A DNA stretch of 64,000 bases from Octopus vulgaris (taxonomy: Eukaryota), in NCBI GenBank assembly GCA_951406725.2, contig OX597821.1:76508001-76572000 (forward strand). The letters run 5' to 3'. The notes beneath the pieces are model-generated. The model had not been told where the DNA came from, did not search any database, and was given only the letters and a program-made list of their open reading frames with translations. The position numbers and the translations under genes were made by a program. Shown here in pieces: positions 23,851-36,812 of the stretch (positions are counted from its first letter, which is position 1; each line of letters starts with the position of its first letter).

Positions 23851-24749
23851 ATTATTATGTTCATACAGGAGACCAAGCACATCTCTGTGATGTCTGTGGC
23901 AAAATACTCTCTTGTGGATATATCTTAACTAGACACAAGTACATTTGCTCAAGATGAAACCAAAGGCAACTTAGCTAGGCATGTATTAACTGTATCTATG
24001 TCAAAACTCAGTTTTTATCAAGCAAATTAATTTCCCTTTTTCTTCTCAGTATAACTAATAATTTTATGAATATTAGTTCTTTCCTGCGGTATAAACTAGT
24101 AATATTCTCAATGTACAGTAAGTGTAGTTGACATAAAGTGTTTATGAATGTCAGTATTGAATCATTGATGGTGGCAGGAGAATAAACCAATGTAATAACT
24201 TAAAATGCTTTTTCATTCCTAATATTACAGGAATAAATTCTTTTTTCATTTTCTTGTTGGAGATGAAAGGAAAAAAAAATTAATTTCATCAGCAAAAACT
24301 ATTACACACTCCTGCACTGTATTCACCATAGACATCAAAATTCATTTTATAAGAAAAATATGATATATAACCCTAAATGTCTTTAGGCATGAAAGAAGAT
24401 AGTATGATAACAACCTGACAACACTATGTTTTAAAGAACCCAAGTATATTGTCATTGGTGAAATAACTTAGCACTCTGATGCATTTGATAAAGTTTTTCC
24501 TCAATACTCATCTGTATTGCATCAAACAGATGTGTTGAAGGAAGAAAGTCAATTGTGATTTCACATTGTTGGTAAATACATGAGAAATGTATTCACAGAG
24601 ATCAGCGGCAACATCGCTCTACAATTATAAAAGTATACTCGGATCATAGCATGAAATGTTTTATCATATCACATAGGATATACATATGTTTTTATGTTTT
24701 ATTTATGTTCTGGTTTAAATTTTATTCTATATATATGTCGTATTATTTT

Positions 24750-25005
24750 TTTTTTGTATTTATATTCGTGTAACATCGTCTGTTTTTCTGTCCTTGTTTC
24801 GTATACATTCGATCCTTTTTGCAAGGAATCTAATGCTCTTAGCTTAGTTTTTCCTTGGGGCTGGCCAGATTGGAGCAATCTCAAGATTAATCAGCCGAAA
24901 TTGCGAGGATGATCCGGTTCTTGACTGAAGATTAAAGGCTTCGAATGACCCGTCTGTGTTTTTTGTATTGTCTATTTGGATGTTTTGCGTTCTTGTCCCA
25001 TTTTG

Positions 25006-25010
<5 letters not shown>
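24750..25010 (+). repeat. Unclassified interspersed repeat next to (TA)n; other copies at about 43830-44095 (-) and 53740-53995 (+)
   Basis: Shared gaatcta(a/g)tgctcttagcttag...ggggctggccagattgg...cagccgaaattgc...cgaatgacccgtc. Confidence 0.75.
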
Positions 25011-25053
<43 letters not shown>

Positions 25054-25144
25054 ATAAGAGAGTAATTCTATTGTTGGTAAAAAAATATCTAATTTTATCA
25101 TTTCTTTTATTTATAATATGATTCCTTCATGACTTGATTGTTAA

Positions 25145-25366
25145 TACGAGGGAGTGCCAAAAAGTTAACGGCTTTAAGGGTATCACAAAAGGCCTGGTTG
25201 AAGGCCTACCCTTCTGAGTTCTTTTACAGGGCTTAAAAAAAACTGAAGGATCGCTGCAATAAGTGTGTGAATCTGAGAGGGGAATATGTTGAATAAAATC
25301 ATAATTAACAGATCCTCTTGTATTTTCTTTTACTCAAAACCAGGAACTTTTCAGCACTCCCTTGTA
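25145..25366. mobile_element. Mariner-derived MITE
   Basis: TA-cgagggagtgccaaaaagtt ... aacttttcagcactcccttg-TA. Confidence 0.75.
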
Positions 25367-25999
25367 TAAATGTTAATTTGTTTGTGTCCATGTGACATTC
25401 AACTGTATATATATGGAAATTTGGCAAAAAAATGTGTGAAGCCTCCTTATCAATGTTTTAATGCCCATCCTATATGCAGATGTGGGTTGGACTTATCTAT
25501 TGTATATATTTTCTCATTTTTGTGATGAAGCCAAGTATCCTTAATTTTTACCCTATCACTCCTTGGAAATGTCATGAATTTCATGAAAATTTTCAATAAA
25601 GTTTTACTATTAAATTATTCTGCAGTCATCATTCTGTATGTAACTTCTAACTTAACCTGTGCTGACTCGACCATTACCCATGGAAGTTTCATTCCTCCAA
25701 AACTAATCTTCACCAAATGTTTACTTTGCAGCTATGTATTCTGTTGACATTGTTTCATACTAACGATGAGGTATTATAATAATTACATAGGTTTTGACCA
25801 GTATTGGCCAAAGCCATGTCTAACTTAATAGCACCACCTGGAAGGTTATAACCATGCAGTGAAGTAAAGATAAACAATAGGATGACTTTGTACATTAATT
25901 TATAAGGAAGAAGGAGACTCAGAAAGACAAGCTGAGGCATTGAGGATTGATCTCAGGATGGTAAACATCACAGAGGAGATGCTTGCTTATACTTCCACT

Positions 26000-26270
26000 T
26001 TTTCCACTTTATGCCTTTAACCCTCCAACGCGGAGTATAGACCACTTATAGTTGAATTCCTTGTCGCATAATTTTTGGCTTCTGTACTTATACTCTGCCA
26101 TGAATGTCCCCCTTTCTCTAGTTCTTTTTGTGTTGATCTCCACCACGAGTTTTTAGGTCTACCTCTCCTTCTATATCCATCCGGTTTCCACTGTAAAGCA
26201 CTTTTCGCTACATTTGGTGTGTCTTTTCTAATTGTGCTACCAATCCACTTCCACTTTTTCTTAAATATTG
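26000..26270 (-). mobile_element. LINE (RTE-like) C-terminal fragment
   Basis: Minus frame reads KWKWIGSTIRKDTPNVAKSALQWKPDGYRRRGRPKNSWWRS. Confidence 0.7.
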
Positions 26271-28806
26271 CTTATACACAAAACTTGATAAGACCCACCC
26301 TGCTATGCTAGCACAGTGTGACAGGTTTTTAACTGACAATGTGTATGCACACAACTGTGCCCCTGCTAGCTCTATGAATGCTGCTTCTCCCACCCAGACA
26401 AATGGGTTCCACCCCTGAGTCACTTTCCTTTTTTTTGTTCTTACCATTTAACTGCCCACACCCTTCTTCATAACTGTTTCTCACCCTCCCTCTACTTGTG
26501 ACACCTTTAACCCCCATCTTTTGTTTTTTTACCATTCATCCCTTCATCACTCTCCTATCTACTATATTTTCCTGCTGTTGTAAGTAATGAAAGTAATACT
26601 TGTTACTTTATCCCAAACCAAATCATTGGTTTTTATATTGTCAACCACAACACCTTCTCCTCTTTTCTATTTCCAGCTGATAGACATCCATCATTATCAT
26701 CCCCACCACTCATATTTGTCATCAATCACCACCCTTGCTCATTCACCACATTCACCTTCTATATACATCCAACTGCCTCCACCCCACGTTTCTATCCATA
26801 TCTTACTCTCCCTCTCACAGCCCTACTCCACCCCTCCTCATTCCCTTGTCTCCATGCTCCTTTCTATTCACCTTCTGACACCTATCACCTTAAGGGTTTG
26901 TCCTAACAGCTATTCCCCCCATATTTACCACTTTTTTGGCATCCTTCCAGCCACCCCAATCCAGCCATATAAAATGTGAGGTAGCTATGAATCTCCCCCA
27001 TAATAAACCTGTCTCTACTCCACCCATCATCCATTAAATACCTAACACCTCCCATAATACAGCTACTGTATCTTATATTTCTCCTCCTGATCATGGGATC
27101 TCTTTCGTCTTGTAAGTTACAAGACACCTCACAAGTGCTAGAAATATGGTTGGCATTAGGAAAAGCGTCCTCTAACCCATTGGATCCCATCAAAATGCTC
27201 AGACCAAGCCCAGCATTGAAAGCGGAGTTACAAGTAATAAATAATAAGTGTCTTCTGTTATAGCCTCAGGCCGACCAAAACCTTGTGAGTGGATTCGGTA
27301 GACAGAAACTGAAAGAAGCCCACCGTGTATATATATATATATGTATGTGTGTATATGTTTGTGTGTCTGTGTTTGTCCCCCCAACATTGCTTGGCAACCA
27401 ATGCTGGTGTGTTTATGTCCCTGTAACTTAGCAATTCAGCAAAAGAGATTGATAGAATAAGTCCTGGGGTCGATTTGCTCGACTAAAGGCACTGTTCCAG
27501 CATGGCTGCAGTCAAATGACTGAAACAAGTAAAAGAATAAATAAATTTATTAATCCAATTTACATTGAATCTTTTTAATTTTTTTTTTATTACAATAAGT
27601 AAAGATTACAAAAGAAAATTTTAAGAGATTGCATAAGAAATCAGATTTAACCCTTTGGCATCTTGGCTGACTTGGACAAGTTGGTAGGAGGTTAAAAAAT
27701 TTAAAAAAAAATTAATAGGTCAATAATTATATAAAAAAAAAAAGAAAAAAGAAACGTCCTTTGCATGCAAGCAAGGGGGTCAAAAACGTACATAAAAAGT
27801 CTGGAAATATAAAAATATTAGAAATGTTATGAATACTGTAGGCCTATAAAATAAAGTTTGTGGTGCAGCTGCTGGCTCACCAGGCCTCAGTCAAACCGTC
27901 CAACCCATACCAGCATGGAAAACGGACGTTAAACGACGAGGAAGAGGAGGAGTTTGGTTCTGCAGAAGGTGGGTTTTAATGATTTTTTAAAAAATTTGAC
28001 AGCAAAAAAAAATGTTGATATAGACAGATGGGAATTTTGACTCCATAATATACAAAGACATTTATTTGCTATTAATCTGTGGTTGAAAACGTGCAACCAG
28101 TTTCTCTGGTTGATTGTGACAAGATCTAAATTGATAGCTAAACACTGAAGGAGGTTAATGTCACAGAAGAAAGTTGATAAAAAAAAAAAATTCCTTTGAC
28201 AATCCCGGTCTAACAACTCCTTAATGATTTTGTCAAAAGATTCAGCAACACACGGATTCACTGTTTCCATGTGTAAGCATTAAGTTGGCAAAGATTTCCT
28301 TTCAGGCTATCATAACGTGTGTCACTAATAGAATTATTACGTAAACCCTTGTGTAAACGGGACGACGACAACACTGGAATCGAGGGTATTACCTCCCTTT
28401 GCTGACATTTATCTACATAATACTTCCAAACCACAACCTCTCTTTATAAGGTACAAGGCGACGAGCTGGCAAAAACGTTAGCACGCCGGGCGAAATGCTT
28501 AGCAGTATTTCGTCTTGTCTTTATGTTCTGAGTTCAAATTCCGCCGAGGTCGACTTTGCCTTTCATCCTTTCGGGGTCGATAAATTAAGTACCAGTTACG
28601 CACTGGCATCGATTTAATCCATCCCTTTGTTTGTCCCCTCTATGTTTAGCCCCCTGAGGGCAATAAAAAAAACAACTACCTCTCTCACTCTCACTCACTC
28701 TCTTCCCTTCTCTGCATTTCTTTGAAGTATTTTGAAGCATACTCTAGTATATAAATTAACAGCATTATTACATCATCACCTGTACAGTGTTAAGATATAT
28801 ATATAT

Positions 28807-29567
28807 ATTCTAGCTCACTTCTTCAGTTTACAGCAGTGCTTGGAAGGGATGTGTGTAGCGTGCAATCGTCGCATTGATCATGACCGAAAATGTTGAGCAG
28901 AGAATCTGCATCAAATTTTGCCAAAAGTTTGGCGATACCTGCTCAGAGGCCTACGCAAAGTTTTCAAAACGTTTCATCGTTCTCTATACAATCAAAGAGA
29001 TCTTGTGCAACTGAAACCCGAATGTCTTTTCGTTTAGCTGGAAGCAATTTTGCCACAAACTTGGTAGGCACATGTCTCATACCCAAATCTTTAGTGATAA
29101 TGGACTGAACTGAACCGTAACTAATCTGAACATCCTCTGATAACTCGCGGATGCTGATTAGACGATTTCCCCTCGCAGCTGCACGCACATCTGCGATGTT
29201 TTTCTCAGTTCTGTTGGTTACTGGTCTCCCAGAACGTTCATCACTATCGACATTTTTTCGGCCATCTTGGAAACGTCTGAACCACTCATACACTTGTGTG
29301 CAGCCCATACACTCCTCTCCATACGCTTTCTGTAACTTTGTGTAGACCTTTGAGCAGGTATCACCACGACAACTTTTTCTGTCATGGTCAATACGACGAT
29401 CACACGCTATACATGTGCCTTCCATGCACTGCTGTAAACAGCGAAAGTGAGCTAGAATGTTAAAACTTGGTGCGCATACGCAGCAGACTTCAAGGTCAAT
29501 CTGTCACTCTGTGCTTTAGCTTCATTATTATGGCAACAGTCCAGGCACTTATTAATCACACCTCGTA
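28807..29567 (-). mobile_element. Mariner 5' fragment (HTH region) with an inverted duplicate of its own 5' region
   Basis: AYGEECMGCTQVYEWFRRFQDGRKNVDSDERSGRP. TIR-like ttattaatcacacctcg-TA at the right end. 28807-28963 is an inverted copy of about 29335-29460. Confidence 0.8.
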
Positions 29568-29960
29568 TATAAATATATATTTATATACCACAAAAAGTCA
29601 GGAGTCAGCCATGAGAGGTGAATACATTTATTGAACCACTTGTCATCCTTAGGCTTACATGTAATAATAATTCCACTGTTGAATCGTGGGTGTAACCATG
29701 ATGTTCTGGTGATCTGATGAGCTGGCTTTCTTTATCTGTATTGATTTCTAAACTTACAATTGCATCGTATAATGTGTAGCATGCATATTAGTGCAGACAT
29801 GTAAACATAATTTATTCTACTCTGAATTTATCACACGAAGGAAAATGTAAAACGGCTGTAATCTCTTCAAGGAGCAAGAATGAAACAGAGACAAAACAAA
29901 AGAGGTGAAAAAGAGAAGAGCAGAAATTTTATATATATATGTATACACACACATATATAC

Positions 29961-30002
29961 AACTTTCTGACGAACGGTCACGTGAAACTTTGTGAAACAG
30001 CT
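29961..30002 (+). ncRNA. Hammerhead family 1, degenerate copy
   Basis: aacttt-CTGACGA-acg(gtca)cgt-GAAAC-tttgt-GAA-acagct. Stem II is kept with a different loop; the cleavage triplet is mutated. Confidence 0.55.
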
Positions 30003-30028
30003 TGTGAAGATTTTTTCTTTTAGCTTTA

Positions 30029-30092
<64 letters not shown>

Positions 30093-31439
30093 TACATATA
30101 TATCAATCTTTGGTGTTTTAGTACAACTTTTCCCAGCTTGTTTTGCAGCTGTGCCCACTTCTTGAGGTGTTGCTCCAGCATGGTCCCAGTCTAGTAACCG
30201 AAACAACTAAAAGAAGAAAGGCAAAAGACGCGTGCATGTATGTATGTATGGATACATACATACCTACATACATACACGCGTACGCACACACACAAACATA
30301 TATGCAAGTATAGATACAGTCAATTGACTGAAACAATTAAAAGATGAAAAATATATACACGTGTGTGTGTGTGCATGGAGTGAAAGATATTAACGTTTGA
30401 CAAATGCTGTATGTTCCATTGCAATCGGTATTCATAGAATCACGATGTTCCTCGCAACCATTTCAACAGAAAAGATTAAATAAATGATGTTGGTTAATAA
30501 TTAACGGGGTGAGTTCGATCCATTGAACTTCCTGCCCTTTTTTCATGTGCAAAACAATAAAAAAACATTGTACAAAGAAAAAAAAAAAAAAACGTAAAAT
30601 TGGAAGGGAGATAACTCTAAAGTTTTGTTACGTACTTATGTCCCTTGCATCGTTTCAAATTTCTAAACGTATGCATTTCTTACAAAGCGCATATAATATA
30701 TTTCTTTATTACCCACAAGGGGACAAACAAAGGGATCAAGTCGATTACATCGACCCCAGCGCACAACTGGTACTTAATTTATCGACCCCGAAAGGATGAC
30801 AGGCAAAGTCGACTTCGGCGGAATTCGAACTCAGAACGTAACGGCAGACGAAATACCGCTAAGCATTTCGCCCGGCGTGCTAACGATTCTGCCAGCTCAC
30901 CGCCTTCAAAGCGCATATAACAATAGTCAATAGTTCAATCATTTTGTTTGTAGCATGGCTGTGTGGTTAAGAAGAACGCTTTGAAATAAATTGGCTTTGG
31001 GTTCCGTCCAACTGCGCGGCATATTGGAAAAGTGTCTTCCCCTGTAGCCCTGGGTCGACCAGTGGCTTATGAAAGAATTAAATTGACGGAAACTGTCGCC
31101 GTTCACCTGGGAAGTGTTGACCATGTTTAACCAGTGAATGTACAGCATTAAGGGCGAAAATGAACCACCTCCAGTCATCACAGATGTTCGAAACCGCGAC
31201 GGTCAACCAGTTGTGATTTCAGCGGTGGACAGCATTGTGTTTAATTTCTGTATCACTAGATCTGGACGAAAGGATTTCAATTCCCGTGGGCTTAAAAATA
31301 TCGTCTATGTAACAGTATACACCCACGCTGTGTTATTCTGCACATTCTTTTTAAGTCGGTAGTGTATGGTTTAAAAGGAATTCGCTTTCTGTTTCTAGCA
31401 AGCGGAGCTGCCCTGTAAAAGCCCCATCTTACATTTGAA

Positions 31440-31977
31440 GGATGTATTAATCGTCTGGAAACTGTTCAGCGACGTGCAACCAAGAGAATACCCTCCATCA
31501 GGCATTTGCCATATTCTGAACGCCTTACTTCCCTGGGTATGGATACATTGAAACTCCGACGTCTGGCAGCTGACTTGGCAGACACCCATAAAATTATTAA
31601 CCATCTTACAAACAATAACTCTGAGCACCTTTTCAAACTCCACCCGTGGACATGTTTACAAAGTCAGAAAACAGCACAGTTCTCATGACTTTCGGAAACA
31701 TTTTTTCACGCTAAGAGTTGCTGAAGCATAGAACAAACTGCCGGCATCAGTTGTTAGTTGTCGGAGCACTGCATCCTTCAAAACTTCCATGTTTCCTGAG
31801 ATTCGCCAACATTACACCTGATTTTCTCCTCTCCATACACACGTGAGCATGTATCTGACTCATACACTGTTCACTTCCCAGATATTTGTACATTACTGCA
31901 TATGCTTTATACGCACTTTTGACAAGTTGTGGTGCACCTGAGCACTGTATACAATAATTTCATTATTATTATTATTT
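31440..31977 (+). mobile_element. CR1/L2-group LINE 3' end
   Basis: LETVQRRATKRIPSIRHLPYSERLTSLGMDTLKLRRLAADL...FFTLRVAEA*NKLP, with an (ATT)n tail. Confidence 0.85.
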
Positions 31978-32358
31978 ACATAGGAAGTCACACATAATCT
32001 AAATTGTTATTAATCATTTTTCTTTTCAATTTCTAGAGCCGAGTCGACTGAATGCTCGATTGAATGACACTTTAATCAGATGAATATAGAACACCGTCCA
32101 CCTTCCAATTGACAGATATATGTATGTGCACATATGTGGAGGCGTATGGTTTTGTGGTTAAGGTGTTGCAACTATGATCGTGAGATTGTGGTTTCGATTT
32201 CTGAACGGAGTGATGTGTTGTATTCTTGGACAAAACCTTCATCTCTTGTTATTCCAGTTCACTCAGGTGGTAAAAATGAGTAATTCTGAGATGAACCGGC
32301 GTCCTATCCAGAAAGGAATATACAGGTCGCAGCCACCGGGAAGCCGGCTTTATGTGTC

Positions 32359-32823
32359 TGTAACAGGGATGACTGTCTCTGGAACACTTGAAGGGGGCCG
32401 GTCTTATCTTGTTACATTCAACTATGTCGAAAGGAAAACCAAAACTTCGACTATCTTCAACAGCAATAAATAATATTTTATTTATTCTGGATTCGCAAAT
32501 AAAGATATATACACATATATTTTCTTCAGTGCGAACCGGTAGCCAAAGTCATAAAACTATTCACAGTAGTTAACTTGTGTGAGCCAAAAGGCTGTCTCCA
32601 TTCCCGCGTTGAAGGGGGCTTCTCTACGTGTTGGTTTTTCTTGAGAGAACCTTGAGTCGTGTCCACTCTATTCGGCTGCAGCTTCCAAAAAAGACAGATC
32701 TAGCGGGAAATCTTTCTGTTGGTAGTTCTCTGCGCATGCGCATGAGGGAACTTCCGGCAGCCTACCGGAAGTAATCCAACTCTGCGCATGCGCACTGAAA
32801 ACTTCCAAAATAGCGTCACTACA
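32359..32823. mobile_element. Solo LTR related to 16054-16486
   Basis: TGTAACAGG...GTCACTACA termini. The last ~100 bp are homologous to 16390-16486. Imperfect TSD tgtc/tgcc. Confidence 0.72.
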
Positions 32824-33609
32824 TGCCTTTAGTCCGGAAAGGACTTTTGATCATTTTTTGATATGCATATATAAAGCGACGAGCCGGAAGAATTGTTAGC
32901 ACATCGGATAGAATGTGTAGCAGCATTCTTCCGATTCTTTACGTTCTGAGTTCAAATCTCACAAAGGTCAACATTACTTTTCATCACTCCAGGGCCGATG
33001 TAATAAAGCATCGGTACAAAGACCATTAAGATAAAGTACCAGTGAAAAACTGGAGTAGATGCAATCGATTTATGCCCTTACCTCAAAATTGTTGCCCTTG
33101 GAGTCTACAATGGAACGCCGTCCCCTTCAGGGGCAATGTTGTGATAACCATTACTTTTACACCATAGAAACCAGGCAACCGACTTTACAAGCCGTAGAAC
33201 TCGAGAAAAAAATAAGATACATTTACGTGAGTGTTTACGTGTGCGCGTATGTGTCTAATGTTGGTATTGTTCACCTCTATCAACAAAACAACAAACAACA
33301 AGAAATTTGTACACATAAAGCAATTTACTGCTGTTTTATTTATTTTCTATATAATATATAATCATTTAGTTCTATTTGGGTAATCCCTAAACCTTTACAA
33401 TTTTACAATAAAGGAGTTCTTAGTTCCACAGTAACCAAAAATAGATACAAAAATAGATACAAAAATAAAATATTCAGCAAAATTACAACAGGACAAAATA
33501 TTTTCTCGAAATTTCCATCTTCAAATTTCTGAAAGATTTAACTTCTAAGAATATATATGAAAGATGTTCAGTTTAAAGTATGCATGTCTGCATATATGTG
33601 TGTAAATAA

Positions 33610-33690
<81 letters not shown>

Positions 33691-33729
33691 GTGGATTTAT
33701 AGTTGATGAAACGGTTCTTAAGACTTCCT

Positions 33730-34080
33730 CTGCTCATACCAATACAATTTTTCTTTTTGTTATTGAGCTAGCTATGTGAGATTTAATCTTTTTTCTTTGA
33801 TGATTACTTTCTTTCAGCTTTTTCCCATTAAGGGAACGAGATTTACCTGAATTGTATTTTGCTATTGTTGATACCATTCTCTTTCATACTCATATATACT
33901 TGATCAATAAAGAAGAATTTTCTTTCTGAATTTGAATGAGTGGTTATGTTGGATGTACCTGTTTTTGAATGTATTTGCACTAATGCAAAGTAATACTCAA
34001 TATTTATTATTATCATCTATAGATAATACCTTGGCTTGATACACTTATGCCTTTGTTAGGCACTCACAACCAAGGACAAT
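33730..34080 (-). mobile_element. Penelope-like element GIY-YIG endonuclease remnant
   Basis: Minus frame reads CLTKA*VYQAKV...ISANTFKNRYIQHNHSF, like PLE C..KAIVYQA...TFK.RY.NH..SF. Flanked by (TA)n and (TG)n. Confidence 0.6.
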
Positions 34081-34081
34081 A

Positions 34082-34155
<74 letters not shown>

Positions 34156-34514
34156 GTGTGTGTGTGTGTGTGTAATGGACTATCCCGTCTTTAGATGACG
34201 TATGAAGGTTCGACAATTTCTTACCGAACAATCACACGTGATTTGTTTATAGTGATCAAATGTTTATGTAGACATATGTTCACTCCCTCCATCAGATCAA
34301 CATTACCTGTACAGGTGCAACAGATGCCATATGTCAGATGTTGAAATGATCGCAGAGCAACGCGAAATGAAGTGCTTTGCTCAAGAACACATGGCAACGC
34401 CCGGTTTGGGAATCGAACCCACGATCTCGAAATTGTGATTGCAACACCTTAACCACTAAGCCATGCACCTTCACTATATATATATAAATAGTATGTATAT
34501 GTGTGTATGTGTGT

Positions 34515-34591
<77 letters not shown>

Positions 34592-34794
34592 ACTTAGATT
34601 TAATCTTTTGAACAGCTTGTAGTATTTGTGGTGAATCATACATGCATATTTATGTACTGACATCTCTCTATATGTATAAACATGAACATATCTATATACA
34701 TAGATAGGTATAGAGGCAGCCAAGCAGACAGATAGCCAAGACAAATACACTGATTTATAGATAAATATATAATCGTGTGTTAGAAATATAGAAT

Positions 34795-34916
34795 CTAAAA
34801 TGATGCGTCATCCATTATGTTAAACAATGTAGATTGTTTCTTGAAGTTTTCACATTCCGTTTGGAATATTTCATGTTGTGAAACTGTAAACCAGTTTTTC
34901 CAGTCTCCCACGACAC
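34795..34916 (-). CDS. Sulfotransferase last exon ([16 protein letters not shown]...ASF*)
   Basis: tatttttcag acceptor, TAG stop at 34797-34795. Not in the ORF track. Confidence 0.9.
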
Positions 34917-36595
34917 CTGAAAAATACAAGATGGATGCGAGATGTTCAGTTTTCATTAAGATAATTATAGCTTCTAAATATAATTGCTATAATGAAATAC
35001 TTTACACATGCAAGCATGAAAACGATTGATTGAAAGGCTGCTGAACAGCAGTTAATAGGACGGTTCTTCACACCTCATCGCCAATTTCTGCATGGCTTCT
35101 TTAGTCTTAACTTTCAAATGACTCAAATCAGTTAGAGGTGTATAGCTGCAGACGGAAGCACAGCTCACCAGTTAAGCAGTGGCTGGGGAGTAAAATTGAA
35201 CGAGGCTCTGTTAGCAATGATGAATTCAGATTTTCATACGGAGTACTACAGCTTGAAGATGACGAGCTGGAAGAATCGTTAGCATCTCGGACAAAATGCT
35301 AAACGACATTTCCTCCGAGTTCATATCCCGACGTGGTCAACTTTGCCTTTCACATTTACAGGATCGGCAAAATAGATTTGTCAGTTGAGTGCTGGGGTTA
35401 GTATAATAGATTTGTCCACCGCCTTCGAAATTGCTCGCTCGCCCTGAATCTTACAACAAACCGGCGTCCTGTTTAGGGGGAATCTTGAGATTTCAGTTAC
35501 TTATATCCCATGAAAACCAGATAACCAGCCTTATGAGTCCTTGGACACATGGAAAATATTAACCGTATATAGTTTGAAGATGAATGGAACCCTTCGAAAT
35601 TGGCTTATCCCAGAGATATTACATAAAGCCAAGGTCATCAACAACAATCGCACAACTCTACAAGTTAGAAGAGACGGCATATAAAACGCACACACACACA
35701 CGCACATGCATTAAAACCTACAAGCTTCTCTGTTCAGGTTTTACATTTATATTTGTACCCAGAATCAATGTTGTACTTTGTTGAGTTGCTAAATGTCAAG
35801 TAATAAATTGGACTAGTTGGGTGTTTTTCAGGCAAAACAGAAAAAAAGATATCTAACTAATATTCTGAAAGTTTAATCTGTAAGTAAAACAATGAAAATA
35901 AATAAGACTTTCTAAAATTCAAAATGCAAAGCTTCGCTGTTGATATCGTTATCTGAATACCAACGATAGGCGTTCGCTTCTTAACTGGAAACCCGTTCAC
36001 TGTTTATAGCAAGAATTCAAAGAGTTAAAAACAGAAAAAAGATATACATACATGAAGACAGATCTCCTCCAGTGAACATTCAAATCATTTATAAAAATGG
36101 TTTAATGAATAAACTGCCTTACTAATACTGACGCGTGAGTTAATAATATCAATACACGGGACAGAAAAAAATTCATTCCATACATATTGTAAAATATCTT
36201 TTAAACTTGAGGGGCAGTTGAGTCCCGCTGGTTAGCTCTTTAGTAAATAAGAGATGAATGAATTTTCTCATGGAGATGACGCCAGTGCCTCATAATAAAC
36301 ATTCCCAGAAATGTGTAGTCTTAAGTGATCTGTTCCAGACATCTAAGTCAACTGAAGTGTTCAGAATTAAGTGTATTGCTCAAATGAAAACTAAAACGCT
36401 TGTAGTGGACGAAACCTCAAGATCTATGAGTTAATTGGTCTATACATACACGCACGCACACACACATACACATGCAAATATGTGGATCAGTGTATATATG
36501 CATACACACATACATATAGACAGACGCACACACATACATACCTACAGACAGACATATAGAAACAGACAAACATGTAGAAACAGACAGACAAACAG

Positions 36596-36649
<54 letters not shown>

Positions 36650-36672
36650 GATAACCAGATAGACAGAGAGCG

Positions 36673-36728
<56 letters not shown>

Positions 36729-36741
36729 CAGATAGACAGAC

Positions 36742-36812
<71 letters not shown>

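Noticed and set aside
24850-24955. ggctgg...cagcc-GAAA and CTGAAGA in the three-copy repeat
   Set aside because: The core elements are not in a hammerhead order or spacing that I can fold.
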